NCBI GenBank assembly: GCA_951406725.2
Contig: OX597824.1
Span: 55,118,001-55,182,000, forward strand
Direction: 5' to 3'
Length of the DNA stretch: 64,000 bases
DNA from: Octopus vulgaris
Taxonomy: Eukaryota
This document shows, in pieces, positions 36,522 to 48,484 of this stretch (its first letter is position 1; every line of letters starts with the position of its first letter). The notes under the pieces were generated by a model. That model made no database searches. It was given only the letters and a program-made list of their open reading frames with translations, and was not told the origin of the DNA. A program made the translations under genes and the position numbers.

Positions 36522-39500
36522 TGTATGTTGGATATATAATATAACGAAGCAGTGGGGAAGAAAGTATTTACACGATGCACTACTATTAATATTACACGAG
36601 ACTCAACGCTCACTGTGAACTGCTTACTAACCCAATCTGCCAATCACTCACAGTTCTTTACTTTATAACAATGAGTCAGTCCACCTTTAGTCACTTGAGG
36701 GGTGGTCCCCTTTTTAGAATCAATCTCCCCTATCTTCTCTCCTTTTGAGAATTGAGTTTTAATATCTGTTATTCTGAATTTTAATATCTGTTATGCTTAG
36801 GGTTCAATTCCAGTGTTTCTGTTGTTTTCCGTTTTCTGGTGCTTGAATATGTAGTTTCAAATTTTTTGGGTGTTGGTACCTCAAATGTGTCAGGCAATAT
36901 TTTCATGTTGTACAATACTTCCATTTCTCATGACTATTTTTCCATGAATCTTTTTTTAAGTTGGTTAATATGACTTTTATGTTCAATATTTTTTTCCTTT
37001 TACCAGGAATAACATTCTTCCAATTTCATCATCATCATCGTTTAACGTCCGTTTTCCATGCTAGCATGGATTGGACGGTTCAACCAGGGTCTGGGAAGCC
37101 AGGAGGCTGTGCCAGGCTCCAGTCTGATCTGGCAGTGTTTCTACAGCTTGATGCCCTTCCTAACGCCAACCACTCCGTGAGTGTAGTGGGTGCTTTTTAC
37201 ATGCCACCGGCACAGGGGCCAGAGGAGGCAGGCAAACGGCCACGGTCGGTTGGTGCTTTTTACGTGTCACCAACATGGACGCCAGTCAGGTGGTGCTGGC
37301 ATCAGCTACATTCAGATGGTGCTTTTTGCATGCCACCGGCATGGGTATCTTAACTACAATTTCCATTGATTTTTATTTTGATGTTGGTGTTGACGAACTT
37401 GACTCAATAGGTCCTCAAGAACAGTGTGTCACTCTAATTTTTTCACAGTAAAAATAATCATTAGAGCTTCTTTTTCGATTTGACTATAATTTTTCTCTGC
37501 TGCTACAAAAATCTCCACTGCAGGATGGAAGTGTGCTAACAGCAAATCAGATATTAGAATTTAAAAAAAATTTTTGTCATACACCTTTTGACAGTTCTCA
37601 GACCAATTCCATCTCATCTTTTTCAACAGATTATTTAATAGAAACCTCACCTTATGCATATCTGGAATATAATTTTGGCAATAATTTGCCAGCCCTAAAA
37701 TGCTTGTAAGGTCGTTATATTTGTTGGGGGGGGGGGGGGGCATATTTTTAATTGTGTCTGCCCTTGATGGGTCTGGTTGACATCCATTTCTGTCAATGAT
37801 TTGTCCTAAATATCACATTTTTGGTAAGAAAAATTCACACTTTTCTTCACTCAAAGTAAAGCCATAATCCCTAATTTTTTTGAATTCATATTTTACATGT
37901 TTTACGTGTTGATCCCTGGATTTGCTTTTAATGAGTATACCATCCGGATAGGGAATTGCATATTCACAGTCTGCTAACATTGCAAAATCACTGGTGCAAA
38001 ATCACTGTTGAAAAATCACTGGTGTGACTTTTAAGTCCTTTATGTATGTTAATTGTTAGGTGTTTAGAGCATTTGTCATCTGCTATAATTTGTAGGTATG
38101 TATCAGAGAGATCCAATTTAGAAAATATCTTGCCACTGTTTAATTTTGCAAAAATATCTTCCGGGGTAGGTAGCGGATTGTGGCATGTTTTAAGACATTC
38201 ATTTAAACCTGTAGAAATATCAGCGCACACTCTGATTTTATTATTCTTTTTTTTAGCATATACAGTTGATGATGACCATTGACTATTCCACTTTTTGGAT
38301 AACTCCAATTTTTCTAGTTTCTAACTCTAAGTTTATCTGTTCTAACGCTGCAATTGGTACAGTTCATTTTGGTTTAAATGTTGGTATGACGTTTTCTTGT
38401 ATTTGAAACTGCACCCTTGTTTTAGTGCACAGACCTAATTTATCAGACAGAACTTAAAAAAAAAGAATATAAAAATTTTTTTAATTTTATCTGATGACTT
38501 ATTCACAAAAGCCATTCACATTTTTACAGAAAAGATTTATGGGGAAGTCCTATAAGTTAAATAATTCCATGCAGTCAGGACTGAATAAATTTATGGTATT
38601 ATCTAACACAAAAACTTTAGCTTCTAAAGTTTTTTCACGAAATGTAATGTTACTTATCAATTTGCTCTTAAAATATAGTTTTTTTCCTGAAACACCATAG
38701 GCAATTTTTGACGTTTTATTTAATCTAGGTCTCCCATTTTTTCCCCATGTATCTGTTAATTATTGAGTTATCGCTGCCTGTATCCAATTGTAAAATCAGA
38801 GTGTGTGCTGATATTTCTACAGGTTTAAATGAATGTCTTAAAACATGCCACTATCCGCTACCTACCCCGGAAGATATTTTTGCAAAATTAATTGTTATTG
38901 ATTTTTTACATACACAAATTTCTTTTGAGGCTCATTCATATTTTTTGTCACCAAAAACCTATTTATGTGATTTTTTCTGTTGAGCCCTTTTTTAGGTTCT
39001 GTCCTACCTTGTGACTTTTTATGGCCTGTTTTCCCACACTTGAAGTATTTTATATTTTTAAACTGAGAGTTATTTCTAAAATGTAGACCACTGCAGCCAT
39101 ACCATAGATTTAGTCCAGACATTTTTTTTATCTGATACCAGTTGACATGCTTGAATATGAGAGCAATCTTTCTCTTTAATTCTATTTGCACAGTGTCATA
39201 AATTTATAATCCTTTGACATTCTTCTGCTACTACCTGTACGTTTTGGTCCTGTTCTAATTTTCTTAATATCCAGGACTGTATACCTGCATCTTTGTTTGC
39301 AGTAAGCCCTTGAATAAAAATTAAACACTTGAACATGTCAGGGGTCAACTCATTCAATTTGAATTTCTCTCACTCTCTGTTAACCACTCCAGCATAGGTG
39401 ACAAAATCTTCATCATCTTTTTTGATCAAATTTAAACATTGCCAGCTGAACAGGGAACTTCTTCCACTGAAAATTTCTGATAAAATATTGTTTCATTAAA

Positions 39501-39830
39501 ACATATCTCACCTAGTTTCTTCTGCAGAATATAGTTACTATATTTTTTGTGTTATGCAGGAGATAACTTTTTTAAAAGTAGTTGTACTCTTTTCTATTTA
39601 GACCAACTTTTACACTCTTCTTTGAAGATTTCTTTGTATCTACAAAAATATGCAGAGAAGGCAACCCCTTCTGGTTTATAGCAGAATTCTTCAATTGAGT
39701 TTGTTACACTATCTGGTGGTTACAAATCTGAAGTATTTTCAGACTCCTTCAACATTAATTCTGGCAACTGTTGGTTTTGTTGTTGCTGTTGTAGTTGCTG
39801 TTTTCTTTATTCAAAATTTGGACAGAACTT
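36522..39830 (-). mobile_element. Degenerate Gypsy LTR retrotransposon (gag-PR-RT-RH) with probable 3' LTR at ~36522-36722
   Basis: Gag knuckle (YFKCGKTGH), QLDTGSD protease, and RT IRVCAD/FSKLDLSDTYLQI/YPDDV/LGLANYC. A minus-strand purine tract at 36724-36748 abuts the putative LTR. Confidence 0.75.
37027..37425 (-). mobile_element. RTE 3' end nested in the Gypsy element
   Basis: Homologous to the tails at 15840-16220 and 34647-35090. Confidence 0.85.
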
Positions 39831-41233
39831 ATGGGATGACCTGATAAATTGTGACCATTTCATTTAAAACTGCAAACAACCATATCGATTTCATTGAGAA
39901 TGCTTTGAGTATTAGCTATAGTCAATACATAACAGTGAGAACAAAGAAGCTAATCTGATTTTAACAAGAAATGAAATAACAAATCAGTTTAGTAAGACTA
40001 AATATGATATGATAATCTTTTAAATGCTACACTGGCACATTAATATTTCACCAGTTGCTACTCAAAGATAATGATAAAGATAGTTTTCGTTCACTTAATA
40101 TTACAAGTTGAACTATGCACTGTTAACTCTTAAGAGTTTAATTTTATTGATATTTGTTATCTTCAAAATTTTGTATCATGTTCTATCTTTGTTTTCAAAA
40201 AGGTCAAAGTGTGCTTTTAAAAAGTTTAAGTTTCACTTAACTGATAATGGATATGAAACATGTTTCCAATTTGAATCTCTAAGTGATAAATTAGCAGTGA
40301 TAACATTATTAGTTGAAATACGGCTAAAATCACCCTAAAACATGAATATTTTAATCCTGTTCATTGGTGGCAACATCTTATTCCATACATTAATGGTGGT
40401 ATTCTGTTAGTTTTGTTTGTGTATGTAATAGGGAAGTACTGAAATAGTAAAGAGGGGATAAATTGTGAGTGTTTTGATTAAGTTTAAATCTTGAAGACAT
40501 AGTCACAGCATGGTCAGAAGAGTGGAACTGTTGCAATAGAAAACACAGGGAGGGTATTTCAGTTAGTTATCCAAGAGTGTTAATAAATGAAACTTAAAAA
40601 TATTCTTGAATATTTTCTAGTATTTGTGTGTATGTTATGTGTGATCGCTGAATTGCTCTAGCAAATTTGCACTTTGTCTCAGATTAATACTCCTTCAAAA
40701 CTTAAATATTTACTGCTGCTGAAGAGAAAAATCAGCCTTGCAAAACCCTCTTAGTTTTGTGATGTGTGGTTAAAAATTCTCACTCATCCCAAGCTAGCTA
40801 TATTGAATATTTTGTCTGATGTTGCAAACATACTAGATACCTTTACCCTTCAAAAGTGAGATGATATGTTATTTCAAGAAGAAAGCATTGGGTACCAGAT
40901 CTCTAATATCTAACTGCTGATGCTGGCAAGCTCAGTGAACACAAAAACTCTCTTCTCATAAGCACTCACAGGGCCGTAGCCAAGCTGAGGCAGAGGAGGC
41001 AGTTGCCTCCTCTAATTTTCCTTAACTGAAGATGAAAGTGAGCTTAGTATTGAAAATTATGGGATGTTAAAATATTTGTTTTTGTGTTATTTTGATTTTA
41101 TCAAGAAGTTAACGATAAATAATAATGACTTTAGATAGTAAATTTACATTTATGTATTTGTTTTGCAAGATTTTTGATGTGAAATTGTGTGTTGAAACAG
41201 ATATTGTTGTATTTAGGAATGGTCACTTTGCCA

Positions 41234-41376
41234 GTTTAGCCAATAAAAACACACGCACTATATATTTGGTAACACCAAATATATAGGATACTATATATTT
41301 GGTAACACCAAATATATAGGATACTATATATTTGGTAACACCAAATATATAGTGCGTGAGTTTTTATTGGCTAAAC
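41234..41376. repeat. Nested palindrome with three 33-bp self-complementary tandem units
   Basis: 37-nt outer inverted arms with 1 mismatch. The unit CTATATATTTGGTAACACCAAATATATAG(GATA) starts at 41258, 41291 and 41324. Confidence 0.95.
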
Positions 41377-42417
41377 GGGTAAATTTAGTTTTAGGCTAAT
41401 ATATTGAATGACCTTTCACAGTGGTAGTTAAAGCATGTAAAGTGACTACTTATTGAATGTTCTCTCACACTCCCTGATCCCAAGTATTTTGCCTATCTGG
41501 CTGTGGGTTATTTTTAGACATGACTGTCTGCCTCCCTGGGAATTCCTACCATTGCTTGGTGGAGCTATTTTTGAATATCTGTGAGATCACACTCCTCATT
41601 GTAAGGTGAGAAAGAGAAGTTTTGAATTGGTAACTGGTGTATTTATTGCAACCATTTGCTCAACATCACACTTAACATGATGTATAATTGGAAGGACCCT
41701 TCTTATAAGCATGCAAAAATAAGTGTTTAATTTCAAATGAGTACCATCAAACATGTAAGTATCCTTAATATACTGAAAAGGGTAAACCAAATTGTTTCCT
41801 GTAAAACCTGAACTATGTTCCTCCTCTATGGCCTTTTGTCAGCAGAGCCTATCTATTACTGACCCATCTATTGTCTGTGTGTTCATCAACTTTTTCTACA
41901 AATGACTTCTCTCAAACTGTTGGCCTAAATGGGACCAGATTTTTATGATAGTACCTGGTTTGATCCTCTATCAAGTTTGTTTAACTTGTTCTGATTCAGC
42001 AATTGTTTACCATTCTTTGAACAAATTACTTAACACTCTTCTTCTCTGAAACTATTTGACCTAATGTCAGAAAAATTTACTGGTGTGTTCCTTGGGTAGT
42101 CCCCTACAAAGTTAATTGATATTTTATTAATTGGATGATTTTTTTTTATTTAATAGAAAATCTATTTAATAGAAAACACATAAGGACTTTTCGTTTTCTA
42201 TATGCTTTCCATGATTATTTCCCCGTCTTAAAATAGAGAGGGAAAGTGTAAACGGGTAAATTTAGTTTTAGGCTAATATATTGAATGACCTTTCACAGTG
42301 GTAGTTAAAGCATGTAAAGTGACTACTTATTGAATGTTCTCTCACACTCCCTGATCCCAAGTATTTTGCCTATCTGGCTGTGGGTTATTTTTAGACATGA
42401 CTGTCTGCCTCCCTGGG
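41372..42417 (+). repeat. 169-bp direct duplication (41372-41540 = 42249-42417)
   Basis: The copies appear identical on reading: TAAACGGGTAAATTTAG...CCTCCCTGGG. Confidence 0.95.
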
Positions 42418-42826
42418 CTAGAAATGCTGGCTAGAAAGGATGAAAAGATAAAGGTGGCATCGTCTTTCTTCTCGAGTGAAGAGTGAAGGGAAAGTGTTGC
42501 TCCTTGGTCATAGCTAACGCAAAAGAGAAGCTTTTGACCGCCATAAAGATGATGTCACCTTTATCCTTTCTTTCTTTCTAGTCAGCACCATGCATTCCTT
42601 ACTCTTTCTCTTTCTACTGGCAGACAGTAACTTCAACACTATCAACTACCAACCAGCAAGCAAACTTGTTGTCATTGCTACTACAATTATTGCTGCATCT
42701 CTAACTACATGTCAGGCAAATGAATAAGTATATGTAAATAATATTTCTACACCTGAAACTAGTAATACCAGCAATGAATCTCTGACATCTAGTATTTCAA
42801 CACTACAAACCATCTCAAAAAGCAGG

Positions 42827-45106
42827 GTGTTTGGAATTTTGGAGCAAGGTATGCAAAATTCACCCAAACTTGATATTGGGGTAGTTAGTCGAGCATCTAT
42901 GGGTGACAATGAATGCAAGACCATTTTTCAGCAGAAGTGGAAGCCACCAAAGCAGTTTACATACCCAAAGAATCACCAGAACAGACGGTATTCTCCAACA
43001 TGGGAAGAAAAGTTTCCATGGCTTAGGTATTCTAAGTCACTGGATGCAGTTTTTTGTTCAGTGTGTATTTGCTTTGCTTCCCAAGATATGAGCAATCCTG
43101 AATTTGTAACCAAACCATTCCAGGATTGGAAGAATGCCTGTGGTCAAGAAAGAGGGTCTCTAACTCATCATAAAAAGTTAGAACCCATCAATGAGCATTG
43201 AAAGGGGCTTATGAATTTTTGATGATATGCCAAGAAGAAAAGAAATCAGTCACAGAACATCTTTCTAAAGCATATGCAAAAAGAACAGATTAGCTCTTTT
43301 ATGCATTCTTGATGTAATCACTTCCCTTGCAAAAAGAGGAATTTCACTTAGAGGAAGCTGGTCCCATGAGAAAAAGGAGGAAGACAGTAATTTCAACATT
43401 TTTAATAAGTGGAAAGCAAAAGATAATCCTCAATTTGCAACCTTTCTGGAAAATGCACCAAAGAATGCCACATATTTATCTACTGTTATCCAGAATCAAC
43501 TGATTGAATGTTTTGCAAAGGTCATCAGGAGGCAAATCCTTAATGAAACCATGAAGGCTGACTATTTCAGCATCATGGCTGATGAAATTTATGATGCATT
43601 CACAATAGAGCAGTTATCAGTCTGTATACATTATATCAGGATCAAGGATGGGGGAACCAAAGAGGTAGCTGAAGATTTTCTTAGATTTATACAGCTTGGC
43701 AGACAAATTCCCAATCAATCACTGGGGCACTGATGAATGTTGATTTAAGCAAGTGGAAAGATAAAGGCTTTGATGGAGCACCTGTGATGGATGGTGATGT
43801 CAGTGGTGTGTCAAAACTCATAAAAGATGCTCTTCCATAAGCAAAATACTTCACCCACTGTAGAAACCATTGCCTCAACCTTGTAGTGGTTAATTCCTGC
43901 CAAAATGTTCCTGCTATTAGAAATTTCATGAGTGCATTCAGGGATATGAGCTTTTTTCTCACCAATTGCCACCAAACAAAATTGATCTTGAAATCCAAAG
44001 TTACCCAGAAGGAACTAATTGGATTTTTGAGTTATCTTGAGGTACATGAAGAAGAGCTATTTATTGCCTCTAACAAGGCATACCAACTCTCTGTGAAGCC
44101 AGATGGCTGTCAAGAGTTGACTCGGTACTTTGCTTGTTAAATATGATCGAGTTAAAGATGCTCTTGAAGAAATAAATAAAATGTCTTCTGGCAAATCAAA
44201 GTCAGATGCCCAGGCATATTTGAAAAGAATGAGTGAATTTGGATTTATAATGACAGGAGTCATCATCCAGTATGTCCCAGGATACATCAGACCAATTTCT
44301 GTTGCTTTGCAGTCAAAGCAGTATGATCTTTTTGAAGCATATGAAGAATGCCAAAGATTGATGGAAGTGCTCAAATCCCAACAAAACAATGACACTTTCA
44401 AGCAGTTGTATTAAAGAGCCTCTCATCTTCTGAAGGAAAATTATGGGACTGATGAAGAGCCTGAAACTGAGCATGTATCAGAAGGGAAGAGACAAATGCA
44501 TAGAGCCAATGCCCCAGGCAGAAACTGTGAAGAATTCTATAAGATAAATTACTACTTCACATTTATTGACCATGTAATGTCAGATCTTCAGAATCAATTC
44601 CCAGCAGATTGCTGGCATTCCACCTCTTACCACAAAAGGTGCAACAACTAACTGAAGATCAAGAAAGGAACATTATGGAAGAGTTTTTGGATGATTCGCC
44701 CTCACCTGATAGTTTCCATCAAGAGTTAGAGAGGTGGAAACAAAAAGCTTCAAAAATGGAGCCAGAAACCAGACAACAACGGCTAGTCCAACTGCTAAAT
44801 GGAATTGATAAGGTATTTTATTCAAATATCAATGCAACCCTCTCTCTTCCTGTGGGGTCATGCTCATGTGAGCGATCATTCAGTGCACTTAGGCATCTAA
44901 AAACATGGTGTAGAACCTCTATGGGAGAGAATAGATTGAATGGACTTGCTATGGCTCATATTCACAAGGATCACCCGTTAGTAGAGAATCTTGATGACGT
45001 TGAAGTATTAAAAGAGTGGGATGGATTAATGCATAGGAGAATTTCACTGACATTTGATCATCTGAAATGGAACAATTCAGCTAGACTGATATTTTGGACA
45101 TTTTGA
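42827..45106 (+). pseudogene. hAT transposase (TTF-type zinc finger, DUF4371-like region, hATC dimerisation domain), disrupted
   Basis: WEEKFPWLRYSKSLDAVFCSVC, YFSIMADEIYD, HCRNHCLNL and CSCERSFSALRHLKTWCRTSMGENRLNGLA. Several stops and frameshifts. Confidence 0.9.
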
Positions 45107-46317
45107 CAGTCTGTTCTTTGACAAAAAGTGATTTTTGTCATTTCTCAATTCAACCCAAAGGGGACAGATTGGTCATGTGATTCAAATGTTTAATTCTTCA
45201 TATATAATTTATTTTTATAATATCTTCATGGATATAAGATATCTAGCTTTTACTTTAGTTTTTTGATACAAAATAAGTTCCAGTTTAACATGTTTAATTT
45301 ACTCTATGAATATATAACAGTACCTACATGGAATGGTATGTGCTCTCCAAGTTGGAGAAGTTTCTTGAACAGTCCATCAGAAATGGAGGAATCAAAGGGA
45401 ATGCATACATATGTATATTTTAGCAATCTACTGTTTACATTAAATGCCATCATTTAGACTTAACAATTGATATTAGTTTAGCAAAGAACTTTATGATGTT
45501 ATTGATTTGGTATTTGTGTCTGAGATACTTCAGTTTGGAAGCCTTTGACAAACTAAAAAAAATGCCTTATAAACTCTAGTATATATATCTGCAAGTATAG
45601 ATATATGCTTTTCTGACATACCCTTCCCATCATTGGGACAATGCATAGAACTGTTTGAAATTGCCAACTTTGGTTTTTGTTGGTCTTTGCCTCCTCTAAT
45701 ATTTTAGTCAGGATACAGCCCTGACTCACTATATATATCTAATTTAGAGCATGGGTATCAGTGATAGATGCCCATTGATTAATGATAAAAGCTACATTTC
45801 AAGCATGTTGCTAAGCAAAAGTGTGACATTTTCTTTTTGAACACACCTGGAATGAGTTGGCTATATACAGGGAAATCTAGATGTATAACAGAAAGATAAC
45901 TTTTATACATGAAGCACTGTAAAGGCAGTTGTGTATTATATATCTTGAAAAGTGAACCAGTTGATATTTATGATGGTGATAATGATAACAATTCATAATT
46001 AAAACTATTTGCTGTAAATTACCAATTTACAATTTCATACAGTCTATTGAAATATTTTACATGCATTAAATGTTGAGATAAATTGAAACATATAATGATC
46101 TCGCTTTAATATGAAATTAAGTGATTAAATAGCAATATGATATTCACTATAGAAAGGCTGTTGATAGAAATATCAAGAGAGTGAAGATGGTAGGTCATAC
46201 CACATATACGTTAAATAGTTCAAGGTGTCAGTAACCACCCTAGAGTGTGCTTTTTGATTGTTATTTGTGTTAGTTTTTTTAAAGTTGTTAACTTGTTTTA
46301 AATTTAAAAGTAATTAA

Positions 46318-46692
46318 AAGTGGCTGTGTGGTTAGCAGTTTGCTTCTTAACCACATGGTTCTGGGTTCACTCCCACTGTGTAACACCTTGGGCAAGTGTC
46401 TTCTATCATAGCCTCGAGCCGACCAAAGCCTTGTGAGTGGATTTGGTAGACAGAAACTGAACAAAGCCTGTTGTATATGTGTGTGTGTCTTTGTGTCTTT
46501 TGTCCTCCACTACCACTTGACAACTAGTGTTGGTCTGTTTATGTCCCTGTATCTTAGCAATTTGACAAAAGAGACCAATAGAATAAGACTTAAAAAAAAA
46601 GAAAATATAAATACTAGGATTGATTAGTTCAACAAAGTTCCTTACGGCAGTGCATGGCTGCAGTCTAATAACTGAAACAAGATAAAAGATAA
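46318..46692 (+). mobile_element. tRNA-derived SINE (octopus OK/OR-type)
   Basis: A-box-like TGGCTGTGTGGTT, B-box-like GGTTCACTCCC, core ACCTTGGGCAAG...CCGACCAAAGCCTTGTGAGTGGATTTGG and tail CTGAAACAAGATAAAAGATAA. Confidence 0.85.
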
Positions 46693-46875
46693 CCAACATT
46701 TTTAAAATGATCTCTCATGTTTTCTTGGCATTATTTGCATTTCTTGGCATTTAATCATCATATAAACTATTGTACAAGTTTAATATTATATTCAGTACAT
46801 TTCATCATGTCAGTACCCACATTGGACAAGATAGATTATTATGATTTTTACAATTATTGTTTAAACTGTTTTCAG

Positions 46876-46964
46876 TGCATTCCATATGTTGGTGAAATAC
46901 CAGGTGGTCTACAATGTGGAACCCTTATTACTATACAAGGCCAAACATCACACCACCATTCAAG
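46876..46964 (+). CDS. Galectin CRD exon (CIPYVGEIPGGLQCGTLITIQGQTSHHHS-R)
   Basis: Acceptor TTTTCAG|, donor AAG|GTAGAT. The PY.G.IPGGL..G..I.I.G pattern marks a galectin CRD start. The phase-2 end matches the next exon. Confidence 0.9.
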
Positions 46965-47956
46965 GTAGATTAATTTTGATCATTCACTTTGGAAAACTAA
47001 TCTTAAATCATTAATAACACATTATATCTGACTTACTATTGGATCTATGTTATTACTAATTTTTCAAATAATTATTTTGATGAAAAACTTAACACTTACA
47101 GCATGATTCTAATAATTGTTCCATGAATCATGGCATGCTATAAACAATATGAGCATATGGATGATTCATAAACTGCTGGACTATTAATTTTGAGTTCATA
47201 ATTAGATTGCTATGTTTAATGCGGATAAATACAATGTGAGATGGAAATTAACTGGTAAGCGACAATTTATTGTCCACTATAAAATACAATGATTGCCATA
47301 CATGAATTAACATAACACTATAGGTTACAACAAGGATGTCTGAGAACATCGTGGTTAGAATGAACTGTTGATGGTGTGTAGACATAGTTGACATACTGTT
47401 GGTGGTGTAGAAGCAGTTGTTTGGTCTTCATACAGCAATGATGTAGACAGGAGTCTGGTGGAGATGAGATAGGACACTGGCTGGTGTTAGGACATCGTTG
47501 CTGGAGACAAGATGTCTGTATGGTCAGTGGCAAGTACCAAAGACCTAGAACAGTTGAAAATTGTTCTTATAGGGAATAGAGGACACCCAGAAGCTGGTGA
47601 AAGTTTTTCCGTCAAGAGAACACATGATCTGTTTTAGTGCATTTGATTAGTGTAAATAGGTGCAATTGTTTAGAGGACAATTTGGACCTAAAAACTAACC
47701 GATCAGAACCATGGTTACAACTTAGTCTTTATGGCTAAATATTCTCTGCTACGTCCAAACAACAACTATAAATCAAAGGGAGAGAATAATTTGCCTTCTT
47801 TTATTTTGTCAACCTGTTCTGCTACAATTCTTAGAATTCAGGCAGGTAACTAATTTTATAAAATTATTCTATTTATTCATTCTAATACTGAAAAATCAAA
47901 ATTGTTTTTCTATTGCACAAAAAGTCTCTAGATAAATATTTTAACTATTATTTCAG

Positions 47957-48164
47957 ATTCTCCATTAATTTTTGTTCATCACCAATTTCTGAGCCTCTCC
48001 CAGACACTATTTTGCATATTGATCTTCGTTTTAATGACTGCTGCATTGTACGCAATTCACTTTATTGGGGAAGTTGGGGTTCAGAAGAACGTGATGGATG
48101 TTTCCCTCTGAGAAAGGGAGAACTTTTTGAAGCAGTCATATTGGTTGAAAATAATGGATTTAAG
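47957..48164 (+). CDS. Galectin CRD exon carrying the sugar-binding residues
   Basis: TTTCAG|A TTC...; RFSINF...LHIDLRF...IVRNS...WGSEERDG.FP..KG..FE; donor AAG|GTAAAT, phase 0. Confidence 0.95.
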
Positions 48165-48367
48165 GTAAATAATGGAAAGCTAATTTACACAAGTGCTCAT
48201 TTGATACAGTTATTGAATTATATACATGTAGTATTCTTTTGTCAGTTTTCTTTTCTTTTCAACCTCTCATTAGAAACTGCCTACGGTGATTCAAATCATA
48301 TTGTTCAGACTTAGATATAGTGAAATTATTTGTTTTATAAAAGGACAAATTTTTTCTTTGTTTTTAG

Positions 48368-48484
48368 ATTGCCTTCAATGGAAAGCATTTTGCTTATTTT
48401 GCCAGAAGATATCCGTTGTGTCTGGGAAAGTTTTTGATAATAAAGGGACATGTCCATATCAACTTTATCAGAATCGGTAAAAAC
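48368..48484 (+). CDS. Galectin CRD final exon (IAFNGKHFAYFARRYPLCLGKFLIIKGHVHINFIRIGKN)
   Basis: Polypyrimidine tract plus TAG| acceptor. NG.HF..F..R.P and I.G.V.I..I are galectin C-terminal patterns. The donor AAC|GTAAGT suggests further exons downstream. Confidence 0.9.

Larger units (their letters stand above)
40969..45723 (+). mobile_element. hAT (Tip100/ZMYM-THAP12-like) DNA transposon with both TIRs
   Basis: Left TIR CAGGGCCGTAGCC. The right end GGATACAGCCCTG reverse-complements to CAGGGCTGTATCC. Shared subterminal TGCCTCCTCTAAT. ACTCA directly flanks both ends. Confidence 0.85.

Noticed and set aside
44449-44480. CTGATGA...GAAAC...GTA hammerhead-like string
   Set aside because: The stems are only ~2 bp and it lies within the transposase coding sequence, so it is likely chance.
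46318-46390. tRNA gene
   Set aside because: It has A/B boxes but no full cloverleaf, and it continues into a SINE body and tail.
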